Shown piece by piece: positions 35,813 through 48,546 of a stretch of 64,000 nucleotides of DNA. Below the pieces are notes generated by a model. It saw only the letters and a list, made by a program, of their open reading frames with translations. It was not told the DNA's origin and did no database searches. Position numbers and translations under genes: made by a program. The stretch covers positions 6,510,001 to 6,574,000 of the forward strand of contig JBHGNT010000014.1 of NCBI GenBank assembly GCA_043228905.1. The letters are read 5' to 3'. Origin of the DNA: Azolla caroliniana (lineage: Eukaryota > Plantae > Polypodiophyta). How positions within the stretch are numbered: the stretch's first letter is position 1; the number at the start of each line of letters is the position of its first letter.

Positions 35813-38800
35813 GTCCGGCCAAAATAGGAGCCATTTGGTTGGACAACCCTAGATATGTACAACCTAGTGTGGGTTCCATTTCTTCCAAGCATGTTAGTAG
35901 AGTTTTCTCAGAGTCAACTTCAAGTCCAAGCCCTCTTAGATACTGGAGCCAATTCTTGTTTCATGGATAGAGATTTTGCCCAAAAACACCAAATATCCTT
36001 GCATACACTTCCTTGTCCAGTTTCCGTGGTAGTGATTGATGGACGCCCCATAGCTTCCGGGAAGATATTTGAAGAGTCTAAGCCAATACACATACTCTTG
36101 GGTGATTTAGGATGTGTAGTTTCCTTTAACATAATCCGTAGTCCTGAGCATCCAATTGTCCTCGGTTTGCCATGGTTCGAGCTACATAACCCTAGAATCG
36201 ATTAGAGGGAGCGAGAAATTAGGTGCCCTTTAGCAAAAAATATCATTGTCAAGGATCGAACTCGGGATTATCCTCCCAAAGTATATAGTTCTACCGATGC
36301 ACCATATCCTTCTCATCAAATTTCAGCCATCACATTGCAACAATTGCACCAAGTGGGAGGCAAGGAGGACCTTTTCTTATTTGCAGTATCAGTGACACCT
36401 TCTAGTGTCACTCAAGGGAATTCAGACATCCAAATTCCCAAAAAATATCAAGACTATGCTGATGTTTTCGACAAAGTCAAAGCTAGTGTTCTTCCAAAGC
36501 ATCGGTCGTACGACTGTCCTATTGATCTCCAACCAGGAAAAGAGCCTCCGTGGGGTCCGATTTACAATTTATTACCCACTGAGCTTGAGGTTCTTCGAGA
36601 ATACATCGAGGAAAATCTTGCACATGGGTTTATTCGACATTCAAAGTCTCCAGCTGGTGCTCCTATCTTTTTTGTGAAGAAAAAGGACGGCTCCCTTCGT
36701 TTGGTCGTGGACTATCGAGGCTTAAATAAAGTCACCATAAGGAATAGGTATGCTTTACCTTTAATCTCCAATCTCTTAGAACGCATTGGTGGGGCAAAGC
36801 ATTTTACCAAAATTGATCTAAGGGGTGCATATAATCTTGTTCGAATTCGGCCGGGAGATGAGTGGAAAACAGCATTTCGTACTCGGTATGGTCATTTCGA
36901 GTATACAGTCATGCCTTTCGGGCTCACAAATGCACCTGATGTATTCCAACATATGGCAAATGACATCTTACGGGATTTCTTGGATATTTTTCTAATCATC
37001 TACCTAGATGATCTATTGATTTACTCTAAAACACAGGGGGAGCATGATATACATGTGCGGCAAGTACTTGAACGCCTAAGTATGGTCTTTACGCCAAACT
37101 TGAGAAATGCAGTTTTGATTGCAAACAAGTCGAATTTTTGGGATACACTATTTCATCCCAGGGTGTTTTCATGGACCCGGCAAAAGTCCAAACAATATTG
37201 GAATGGAAACCCCCATGCTCAGTTCGGGATGTCCAGTGTTTCCTCAGATTTGCGAACTTCTATCGCAAATTCATACATAATTATTCAAGCATTGTGTTGC
37301 CCCTTACTCAACTCACCAAGAAAAATCAAGCATTTTTTTGGAGTATCGAAGCGGACAAGGCTTTTACGCAGCTGAAAGAGGCATTCACATCAGCACCCAT
37401 CCTAGCACATATTGATCCTAAAAAGCCATTTACTATTGAGGCGGATGCATCAGACTTTGCATTGGGAGTATCCTATCGCAACCAGGCGAGGACAGGCAGA
37501 TACATCCAGTTGCGTTTCACTCGAGAAAGTTTACTGTTTCGGAGATAAACTATGAGGTGCATGACAAGGAGTTACTAGCTGTGGTCGACTCATTCGAGCA
37601 ATGGCGTCATTTTCTAGAAGGATCACCTCATCAGATTATCATTTATAGTGATCACAAAAATCTCACATATTTTCAAACAGCTCGAGTATTAAATAGACGA
37701 CAAGCTCGATGGGCCCAATTTCTAACGCGTTTCGATTTCAAGATCATTTTTCGCCCCGGAAAACAACAAGGGAAAGCAGATGCTCTGTCTCGGCGTTCGT
37801 ATCTAGCACTTCGACCTGGAGATCTGGCCTTTGACAATCAAAAGCAAACTCTCCTCGGGCCATCAAAGCTACAGGTAACAACAATTTATGCCACACCACT
37901 TGATTCTACCCTTCTTGACAGTATTCGGCAACAACTTCATTCGGATGATTTTGCTAAGGATGTCTTAGCCCACTGTGGTTCAAGTCGTCCATCTTGCTCC
38001 ACATTGCCAGGGTCATCTCAACATTATCAAGACTTCAAGTGGCAAGATGGTTTACTCTTCTACAAGAATCTCCTTTACGTCCCCGACGGATCACCCCGAC
38101 TTCAAGTGTTGGAACATTGTCATGACGCCCCCATGGCTGGACATTTTGGTATTTCCAAGACCATTGAGCTGGTGAAACGTTCATTTTGGTGGCCTCACTT
38201 GCAAAAATTTGTCGAAGATTATGTTCGCACTTGTGACACCTGCTGTCGCGCCAAAATACCTCGGCATCACCCTTATGGCTTACTACAACCATTACCCCCT
38301 CCCAACAAGCCATGGCAGTCTATTTCTATGGATTTCATTACGGATCTGCCACCTTCCAAAGGCTTTGATACTATTTTAACAGTAGTGGATCGGTTCACCA
38401 AGATGGCACATTTTGTCCCATGTGTAAAGACCATCAATAGTGAAGAAACTGCAGATCTCATTATGCGTGAAGTGTTTCGCCATCATGGTCTCCCTAATGA
38501 TATTATTAGCGATCGAGGTCCTCAATTTATCTCACACTTTTGGAAGCACCTATGGGCAGGCCTCAAAATCTCTTGCAAACTCTCTTCGGCTTATCATCCA
38601 CAAACTAACGGACAAACAGAACGCACAAATCAAACGCTCGAGCAATATCTTCGATGTTTCATTAGTTATCAACAAGATGATTGGAGTAAAATTTTACATC
38701 TTGCCGAGTTTGCATACAACAACACGGTCCACTCTTCTACCAAAGTTACACCTTTCTTTGCCTACATCGGCAACCACCCTCGATGGTGTATACTGGATCT

Positions 38801-39437
38801 TCCTGAGGTGTCACGAAACCCTAGTGCGGCGCATCACCTCCACCGACTACAACAAATCCAGTTCGAGTTATCGTCACATCTTCAGAAAGCGCAAGCACAC
38901 CATAAGACCAATGCCGATCGAAATCGTCTTAAGTCTCCGTTTAAGGTTGGTGACCGTGTATGGTTGCTTTGTCGTCACATCAAGACTACCGGACCGTGTG
39001 CTAAGCTTGACTATCAACGCTTAGGTCCTTTTGTCATCACGGCGCAAATTAATGATGCAACATTTCGTCTTAACCTTCCTGCACATATGCGGCTTCACCC
39101 TGTCTTTCATAGCTCTCTTTTGGAACCTTGCCACACCTCTTTAATTCCTGATCGTGTCGTGCCACCACCGCCTTCTGTACAACTTGTGGACGGCCCCGAA
39201 TACGAGGTAGCTGTTATTCTCGATTCTAAGATTGTGCGCAATAAGCTTTATTATCTAGTTGATTGGCTTGGTTATCCTCCGAGTGATCGCACTTGGGAAC
39301 CCATCGATAACGTTTGTAATGCTGAAGCTCTGGTCAACGACTTCCATCGTCACTATCCAAACAAGCCCGGCCCAACAATGTTAACGCCGACTTCCACTCG
39401 GCGTTCTCGAAGGAGGGATAGTGTCATGAACACATGA
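35800..39437 (+). pseudogene. Element F pol (PR-RT-RH-INT-chromodomain), a few stops and frameshifts
   Basis: LLDTGA, YLDD, EADASD, SMDFITDLP and chromodomain EYEVAVILDSK...TWEP. Confidence 0.94.
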
Positions 39438-39915
39438 CCATTATGGCGTCACCCGGACTTGAACCTCGAACCTTGTAATTCATACTTGAAAACCTCAACC
39501 ATTAAGATAGCTTATTGTTATATGAAATAATAAAAGCTACTTCTTGTATTACATTGATTATTGTAAAAACTCTTGATTATTCTAGAATGTTCTAGAATGT
39601 CCTAGAGCATTCTAGGTCTAGAACATTCTAGAACATTCTAGAAATCTCTAAGCTATTCTATAGGAACCTATAAATAAGTGCATACATGTATTCTCGAATC
39701 AATTCGAATCAACACCAGTCTTTAGCTCTCATTACATATCTTGTATCCATTCTCTTTCTTTCTCTATCTTATACATCCATTCTTCTCTATCCTTCTTCCA
39801 TCACTCTATCTTTTATCCTTGGTTCTGACACCATCATTCCTATTTGCCATAATCTTGTACCTCGTGTCAAAATCGTAACATGGTATTAGAGCGTCAGTAG
39901 TACGATACCTAGAAA

Positions 39916-40779
39916 CATAGATTGACATATTCGCATTCGTGGGGCCTGCCCCACGAATTCATACGAATAGGAATACGAATGCATGTAAAATGTATTCATT
40001 TTCTTTTCTTTTTTTAAATTTATAAAAAATAAAAAATAAAAAATAAAAAACTATTTTTTCTTGTGAGCGAGTGAACGAACAGTGAGCAGCGAGCGAGGAA
40101 GCCTCACCCTACTCCCTCTACCTGTTGTACTCGCTTCCCTCTGCATCTTGTTCTCGGCCAAAAAATTAGGGTTTCGGCTGAAAACCCTAATTTCTATCAT
40201 AATCCTAGTTTCAATAGTTTTCTTTCTTTTCAGCCCGTGTCCTTAAACTCCCTCTCATGCTCTACTCTAATCCTACATCTTGTTCTCTGCTGCAAACTCA
40301 TACTTTCATTGAAACCCTAAGTTTAGCTAAGTTTAGGAGAAACCCTAATTAATTAATTAATTAATAATTAATTAACTAATACTTTTCAATGAATTAAGAT
40401 ATGTATTAGTAAATTAATTAATGTATAGTGAATCAATTAAATTTTAAGTGAATTAATTAATTATTATATTAGTGAGTTAATTAATTACTGATGTATGTGT
40501 GTATATACATATATGAGTGATAATGTGTGTGTATACGCATATATGTATGTGTGTATATGTATATGTATATATCATATATGTATGTGTGTATATTTATATG
40601 TATATATCATATATGTATGTATGTATGTATGTATATGTATATATATCATATATTTATGTGTGTACATGTATATGTAAACGAATGGTTTTATAATATTCTT
40701 GGGGCCGATTTATATTCTCAAATATCGCGAATATTGCGGATGTCGAATACCACGTATATTACGCATGGGTCAATCTATG
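39916..40779. mobile_element. Non-autonomous hAT-type element (864 bp) in the element E leader, with an internal TA/TG microsatellite (40493-40676)
   Basis: Perfect 8-bp TSD CCTAGAAA (39908-39915, 40780-40787); 11-bp TIR CATAGATTGAC. Confidence 0.9.
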
Positions 40780-40876
40780 CCTAGAAATATATCACTTGCT
40801 CCATACTCTATTTTTGTTGTTCAAATATATATATAAATATATATATACATAGCAAAAGACAACCACATCAGCATTA

Positions 40877-43800
40877 TGGCAAGCTCCACTCAAACAAGGA
40901 AATAATCGGTAGATAAACTTACCACAAAGAACTACAGAATTTGGAAACCAAGGATGGAGCTACTACTTGATCTAGAGGAGCTACTTGAAGTCGCTACCGG
41001 AACCTGTCAAGCACCGAAAAATACACAATCAGAAGCATGGAAAGATTGGAAAAACAAAGACAAAAGGGCAAAGCTCGAAATACTGCTACATGTAGAAGAC
41101 AAGCAAGTTGATGCCATTCAAAAACTCACAACTGCAGCAGAAATGTGGTCCAAACTAAAGCAAATGTTTGAACCACAAGATGGTAGTACTAGAATCCATA
41201 CTCTTGCTACCCTGTTTCACATGTGTGTTTTGCAGGAAGAAGAAGATGTTCTTACCTTCTTGGATACTTGGGAGACATATCTCGAAGAAGCCACCACTGC
41301 GGGAAATGAAATCTCAGAAGAAATGAAGATTGGGCTGTTATTGAGTAAATTTCCAAAATCCTAGAGTATGTTTGTCACCATGAATAGCCAAGGTAATTCT
41401 TTGTCTGATTTGATTACCAAGATCCGCCATGAAAAACTTCGGGGGCAATTAAAAGAATCCACTCTGTCTCTGGCAATGACTGCATCATTTAGCAAAACAC
41501 AAAAATCACCTTATAATAATAGATATAGAGCTAAATCAGATGCTTATAGAAGTGCAGAAATAACGAGTACCAGCAAGGTAAATGATGCTTGGAAAGCTTC
41601 AACAAAACAGTCTAATGGTGGTTTCAAATTTATTTGCAGATATTGTAAGAAAGAAGGGCATACAAAAAAGGTGTGTCGATTAAAGCAAGTTGTGGAAAAC
41701 AAAAGACAATCACAAGCAAATAATGCAACATTAGAAGAAAAATCAAACTCGAAGTCAGAAGAATACATAGAATTTGGGGGAGATTCGGATGAAATACCAG
41801 AAGATGACAATATTTTGCAAGCATATCATGTCACTGTAGAAGAGACAAAAACCTAACATGATACATGGTACCTAGACACTAGAGCTACACATCACCTCAC
41901 ATATCAGAAGGACTGGTTAAATTTCTATCAGGTTCTATCCAATCCACTATCAGTTACTTTTGGAGACAACGGATGGAAAACAACAATCGGCAAAGGAAGC
42001 ATTCAACTCAGATTGTCAGATAATCACGAGATTACAGTCCCAAATGTCTATTATGTACCAGGACTAGCTAAGCACCTGTTATCAGTTGGACAAGCAACTG
42101 TAGACGGACTAATAATACAATTCTATAAAGAGAAAGCAATTCTATTTTTCAAAAATGGAAACACAAGTACACAGTTGGTGTGTCCCAAGGAGAAGCACTT
42201 ATATCCAATATAGAGTCATCCTCCAAATGCATTCTCAGTAGTTCTGCAAAATCACAAGAAAAGATCTTCACTAACTCAATTATGGCATTGCTGGCTTGGG
42301 CATGTACACTATCAAGCACTACAACAATGTCAACAACAAAAAAGAGTTCAAGGGTTGCCATCCAAAATCTTCAATTCAGATTTCATGTGTGAAAGCTGTC
42401 TATTTGGAAAAATGACACACCAACCATTTACAGACAGTTGTACAACGACAGAGCGTCTACTTCAACTCGTCCATACAGATCTGTGTGGACCATTCCCGAT
42501 ACCATCCTTATCAGGTGCAAGGTATTTCATTTCGTTCATAGATCATACTACCAAATTCACAGTTGTAAGCTTTATTAAGAAAAAAAATCAAGCATTTGCA
42601 GCATTCTGCAAGTATAAAAAATATGTAGAAAAACAAACATCAAGATACTTCGCAGCGACAATGGAGGGGAATATATCTCTCATGAATGGGAAAAGTTTTG
42701 TCAAGAAAATGGTATACTTCACCAGAAAATGGTCCCGTACACACCACAAGAAAATGGTGTGGCAGAAAGGAAAAATAGAACCTTGCTTAATGTTGCCCGC
42801 TGCATGCTGAAAACTGGCCACATGGAGCAACATTTTTGGGAGGAGGCAATCTCCACTGCTTGCTACCTGCAAAACAACAATCCCTTTTACATTATGGTAT
42901 GGCTATCCACCTAATGTTTCTCATCTTAAAGTATTTGGTGCAATTGCCTATGTGTATGTCCATGAGCACCACAGATCCAAACTAGATGATCGGTGTTTCA
43001 AAGGAAGATTGATTGGATATGGTGACTCCAATGGCATGAAAGCATACAAAATCTACAACTCACAGACTGGTAAGGTGGTATATAGTAGATCTGTTAAATT
43101 TGATGAAAACTGGTTATTTGATGAAGGTAAATCATCATCCGGAACCTTACATATGGATGGTGGAGCATCTATACAAGAATTACAACTTAATGTTGTTGAA
43201 GGAGATACAACAATTAAGGATGCTCAAAGAATCAAAACGAGTACAAGACCATATGGGAAGGGATTCATACTTGGGAAGCAAGCAGCACATGTTCGAGCAA
43301 ACTCACCACCTTGCTCACGATCGATATCTACTACAACAGAAACATCAACACAAGATCGGACAAAGAAAGGGAAAAGTCGGTCTCTACACGAAATCTATGA
43401 TGCTACAAATATGATTGAGAACTGCTTCGTATCTATTGTAGATTCAGATGTTTCTGCATTACATTCATATGTTGCAGATGATACGGTTGCATTTGTTCCT
43501 ATACTTACATTGAGACATGTTCTACAAAGACCAAACAAAGACAAATGGTTGGAGGCAGTACAAGTTGAGGCTGATGCACTATACAAGAATCACACATGGA
43601 CAGTTGTCCAAAAGCCACCTAACTCAAATGTGGTAAGTTGTAAGTGGTTGTTTACAAAGAAATATGATGCCCATGGGAATATTCGCTTTAAGGCATGACT
43701 TGTTGCAAGGGGTTTCACTCAAATTCCCGGTGTGGATTATCATGAGACTTTTTCTCCTACACTCAAACTCACCTCTCTCCGTCTTATTTTCACAATCAAT

Positions 43801-45096
43801 GCCTACTTAAATTTAGAATTGCATCATGTTGATATTGAGACAACTTTCTTACATGGAGATTTGAAGGAAGAAATGCACATGGAGCAACCACAACTCTTGA
43901 AGGATGAATCAAATCCCAACTATGTCTGCAAATTACATAAACCATTATATGGTTTAAAGTAGTCTCCCAGGCAATGGTATGCAAAACTTCATAGATTTCT
44001 TCTCACAAATAGTTTTGTTCAATTACAGTCCGAGCCAACTTTGTATGTTCGAAAGAAAGATCGCAATTTTCTTCTTTTGGGTGTCTATGTGGATGACCTT
44101 CCTATTGTTGGCACCTCTAAGGCCGACATTCTTCAATTTTTCAACAACTTACAACAAACTTTTCCCACCAAACATCTTGGTGAGCTAGAATATTTCCTTG
44201 GACTGGAGGTCAACCGGAATTGAAGTCTTGGCACTCTATCAGTATCTCAATGCAAACTAGTTGACAACATCTTGCATAAATATGATATGATGACTTGTTC
44301 TCCAGTTGTCACTCCTCTCACAGTCCCCTGTCATCTCTCCACCTCTGACTCTCCCTCTACAAATGAAGAAGAATCCTTCATGCAAAGTATACCCTACCAC
44401 CATATTCTAGGAAATTTAAGATACTTGGTGAGCTGCACTCGGCCAGACCTATCCTATTCTATGGGATTCTTATCTAGGTTTATGGAGAACCCTGGCCTTC
44501 GTCATTGGGAAGCTTTGAAACGTGTCCTCCGCTACTTGAAATATTCAAGAGATATGACACTAACCTATAAAGCCTTATCTCCCTCCTCTAAACGAGACAT
44601 GGTGTTCCTTCAAGGTTGGACAGATGCGGATTGGGGAGGTGACAGGGACACATCTCGGTCTACATCTGGTGTTGTTTTCACTTTTGCTGGTGGTGCCATT
44701 ACATGGAGGACCAACAAACAAGCTACCGTGGCACTATCCTCCACCTGAGCAGAATATATTGCAGCTACTTTGGTGGCTAAGGAGGGACTTTGGCTACAGT
44801 AAATTTTTTTGGAACTCGACATCAATCACATAACCGAATTTCGACTTTGGTGTGATAACCAATCATGCATCAAGATTTCACGGAATCCTAAAATCACTGA
44901 TCAAAATAACCATATTCGGGCTCGATATCATTTCTTATGTGAATTATTTGAAGATGGCGTCTTGCAGATTGGTTATACTCCCACTTTTACCATGTGGGCT
45001 GATTTTTTGACAAAACCAGTCCCTTCTCTCAAACACTGGTCATGTTGTCAAAACATTGGCCTCAAGTGTGGTGTCGGTGTTAAGGGGGAGTGTTAG
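40877..45096 (+). pseudogene. Element E copia polyprotein, heavily disrupted
   Basis: CRYCKKEGHTKKVC, WYLDT, HTDLCGP, YVDDL, WTDADWGG; numerous stops. Confidence 0.92.
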
Positions 45097-45489
45097 AAGT
45101 TATAATTAACTAATTAGATGTCAGTAGGCAACTACTTAGTTAATTACTAAATATAACCCCACACCCCAAGTTATTATTAGTAAAAGGAAACAATTTCACA
45201 TTAGTTGTATTTCAGTTTTCTTATTAGGTTTATTTCGGTTTTTGTATTTCAAAAGCTTACCTTTTTTTTCCCTCCACTTCCTCTGCTATATAAAGAGGAA
45301 GTTGGGGAACCTGTTTGGTGTGCTCTGCATCCTTGCATCCTTTAGCCATCTCTCTCAGTTGTATTACCAGCTTGTTTTTTGTTAATCGAATTTCTGATTT
45401 GCATTCCAAGTTGTTCCATCATTCCTGTTTGCCATAATCTTGTGCCCCGTGTCAAAATCCTAACACTTGTAGCTTGTCTAAATTGTAAA

Positions 45490-46930
45490 TATGCGACAGT
45501 ATTTACACCTAGAAGGTCCAGGTTCATGGGAAGAACTTAGATCTCTGTCTGCAGTTGAATTTTCCGCTAGGGATCCATCGACCCCTCAATTTGAAGCTCA
45601 TGTTGAGCAACCTGTTCCAGATAATGGCTCAGTAGCACATTTTCATGTACAAGTTATTTATAACATATTACATACTAGCAAAACAATAAGTACCTAAATC
45701 TTATTTCTGATTGTTGTAACTGCCAAAGTGACTTTACTCTCCATCGCAGCAGCCAATGTTGCTTTCTCTAAATCAGGCTTAAAAAACTCCAATGTCTCAC
45801 AGGCTTCATGGACATTTTTTAGCATATAGCTAATCAATGTCTCATTTGTATCATTGACATTGGCTTTCATTGTGTGTCGGTGTGGCGTATACTTGTGGGT
45901 TTGTTGGGAGTCGGCAGTTGCATCATCAACTGCCATGCTCCAAAATCTTGCCATTTTTTGTTGCAAGCTCCCATCTTCCGACATCTTTCTACCGATGCCT
46001 CACCATAAATTGCCCAAGCTACCTTGTACATTTCAGGGTCACAAGATTCCTTCGTTGTTTTGCAATACTCGTATGCAAAAGCTCTGGCAAATGAAACGGA
46101 CAACTCATTGTTGACCAGGATCTCTTGATGTACTTTTTGGTGCAGTCTCATGCAGTCGTCGTACAGGTCCAGTCGTACATGCTTGAGCTTGACCTTGCCT
46201 TTCACTCTATGCACTTAATATACTAACATCCAATCTACATCACTAATCAATACCCTCTAGCGACAGACCATATATGTTGTGAAAGTCCTCCTTTGTCTCG
46301 CAAAATTTTGCGAAGTTTAGCACTCTAGGATAGGGAGGAACGAGCCACCTGAAATAGAATATCAGTAATCAGAACTGGTGCAAAAACAGAATTTTTAATG
46401 TGAATTTGGTGCAAATTTACAACACTTTGAGACAGTAATCTGAAATTTGTAATCTGTCCTTTTCAACATGTATCAGAAATCAACCACTTAAAAAATCAGA
46501 AACCCTAATCAGAATTTGTCATGAAAATCAAAAATTTGTAATTAGAAATTTGTAACCATAAACTTGTAATCTGAAATTTGTAATCAGAAACCCTAAACAA
46601 CTTAAGGGAAACACAAACCCTAATCATCACTAAAGGCAGAAATAAACCGTACTACAAAATTCTGTCAATCAGAAACACACCTGCTGCTACACCCCGATCT
46701 TCGAGACATCCTTGTTTGGAACTCCAACGACTTCACCCTATGCGATTTTTGGGAAAGATGAACATGCACCAAAGTTACAGACAGTTATCAGAAAGGGAAA
46801 AAAATATAATTTAATATGTAACTGATACATACCTGGACGAGGATCGACTTGTCATGTGTTGTAGCTTTGAAGGTGCAATGTCGATTTCAGAGTTTTTGTG
46901 TTGTTGTGGGAGCTTCATCTGCGTTCATGC
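45490..46930 (-). pseudogene. 5' exon remnants of the second (convergent) gene of the Sola2-like element; product unknown
   Basis: ORFs 45867-46214 and 45694-45984; minus-strand donors CAG|GTATGT (~46833) and CAG|GTGTGT (~46681); acceptor TTTCAG (~46349). Confidence 0.45.
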
Positions 46931-47234
46931 TCAAAGTACTCCATCTGTTTGGAGTTCGAACTCGAACTCAGGATTATCAGGAATTTGATGACATTTAAGT
47001 CAACCTTAGATGATGGCACTATTCCCCATGTTCCACTACGTCAAAAACCAAAGTCCAAATATTTGAGTATTCTCATAAATTAAATGACATGTATTTAACT
47101 AATAAAACATAAAATTTCGTAAACCATCCTTATGATTTTCCCACAAAAAACTAGCTAAACAAATAGCTAATTAGTTGTGGCCATTCTAGTAGCTAATTAG
47201 CTATAATAGTGTTTCCACTCGCATGCTTTTACCC

Positions 47235-47596
47235 ACTACTAGAGAGGAAAGGTACAAGGGGTGATTCAGAGGCAACGACCTCTTGCATTGACTTTGTCAA
47301 CCGGAGGTTACAACAAAAAAGCTTTCTATTATTCTCTCTCTCTTTGTATACAACAATAACAACAACTCACTCTAACACACACTTGTGATCATTTGCCTTA
47401 GTTATATTTATACTCATATAACTTACGGGCTATTTACAAATGTAGCCTCAATGGCCCATATGAAACATATTTACATATCTATCTCTCTTCTGATTCCATC
47501 CGGTCCGCCTTCCGGATCCATCTGATATTGCTTCCTCCTCCGGATCCTCCCATCTGCCTCTACTGGTCCCCATCCGGAGGGACTGATACCTCAACA
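47235..47596 (-). repeat. Outer part of the element C (copia) 5' LTR
   Basis: Continues the LTR broken at 8204; minus-strand TATAAATA ~47405-47412; ends ...CCTCAACA (TGTTGAGG on minus). Confidence 0.65.
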
Positions 47597-48364
47597 GGTA
47601 AAGCCAAGGAAGTTAAGAAGACCAAGACACGGACGTGGTCCGATGTTGTGAAGGGTTTGAAGATCGAAGACAAGTTGGACACAACCATCTTGGATAAAGA
47701 AGAGAACGAATCATAGACAGTCGATTCAGTCGGGCGTCGAAGTGAATCGGAAACACCTGATTCAATCAAAATGTTCAATTCGGAGAAACCAAATCGATTG
47801 GCCAAGCGAGTAGGGAAGCATCAGAATCGCAATAGCGACGAAATTGACTTGGGCCAAAGGAGCAGACAAACTGACCGAGAAGGTCGAGGTGCGCAGAATC
47901 GGACTGGCCGTGGGAAGAGGAACCGGACCGGACGAGGAGCACGAGCCAGGTAGAAAGACACTAGAAGGAGCCGAAGAAGAGGACCAACGGACACAGACAC
48001 AATGATCCGACCTCAAGTTGAGCTTGAGGGGGAGTGTTGAGCGGACAAGCTTAACCAAATCCGGATCGGCTGAATAAGCCAGAGCCGGATCGATGTCCGG
48101 ATCGTATCCAGATCAAGGAGCCAGATCGGTATCCAGAAACCAGAGAACCGGATCATACTCTAGAATAGTGTGAACCGGTAGGCTGTTAGAGGCCTACGGT
48201 CTAAGCCTAGTACATAGGCATATTCCTTGGAGTTAGTGTAGAGGCTCATTTATGAGCATCCAAGTACTTATGGTACTTGTGTCAATCCGTGTAAGGACTT
48301 GCACAAAAGTGCTCTCTGAGCACATTCTATGTACATAGGGTATTATTTTGAAATTAAGTTTCGG

Positions 48365-48433
<69 letters not shown>

Positions 48434-48546
48434 CGCATATGTAGATTAAGGTTTCCATTAAACCTTCATCTCCGCTTTTTGTTGTTCTTTTGTTATACGG
48501 CTAAGCCGGCTTGGCTTGTCTACAGTTCCACACGCTATCATTTTCA
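47597..48546 (+). mobile_element. Element J: 3' end of a copia related to element G (tail ORF, PPT, 3' LTR 48035-48546)
   Basis: CCTCAAGTTGAGCTTGAGGGGGAG-TGTTGAG is shared with element G; LTR is similar in layout and contains (CT)n 48370-48431. Confidence 0.85.

Larger units (their letters stand above)
34176..39830 (+). mobile_element. Element F: Tcn1-like chromovirus, full length, youngest LTR element in the window
   Basis: 409-bp LTRs 34176-34584 and 39422-39830 (~4 differences by eye); perfect TSD CCATC; PPT AAGGAGGGATAG 39410-39421. Confidence 0.96.
33847..45465 (+). mobile_element. Element E: Ty1/copia LTR retrotransposon; 5' LTR interrupted by element F, 5' UTR by a hAT MITE
   Basis: LTRs 33847-34175 + 39836-39880 and 45091-45465; PBS TGGTATTAGAGC 39881-39892; PPT AAGGGGGAG 45082-45090. 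No clear TSD. Confidence 0.93.
8205..47234 (+). mobile_element. Sola2-like DDE DNA transposon (~7.6 kb native length) hosting nested elements B, D, G, E, F and MITEs
   Basis: 25-bp TIRs GGGTGAAACCATCCGAGTGGAAACA (8205-8229) and the reverse complement of 47210-47234 (3 mismatches). Flanks TCTA/ACTA. Transposase motifs DFAENY, SDGAASQFK, FFGSGHGKGERDG. The copia C LTR resumes on the far side. Confidence 0.82.

Noticed and set aside
47234-47250. CACTA transposon terminus (CACTACTAG)
   Set aside because: No matching TAGTG end, 3-bp TSD or CACTA transposase found; it is better explained as the Sola2-like TIR end plus TSD plus copia LTR.
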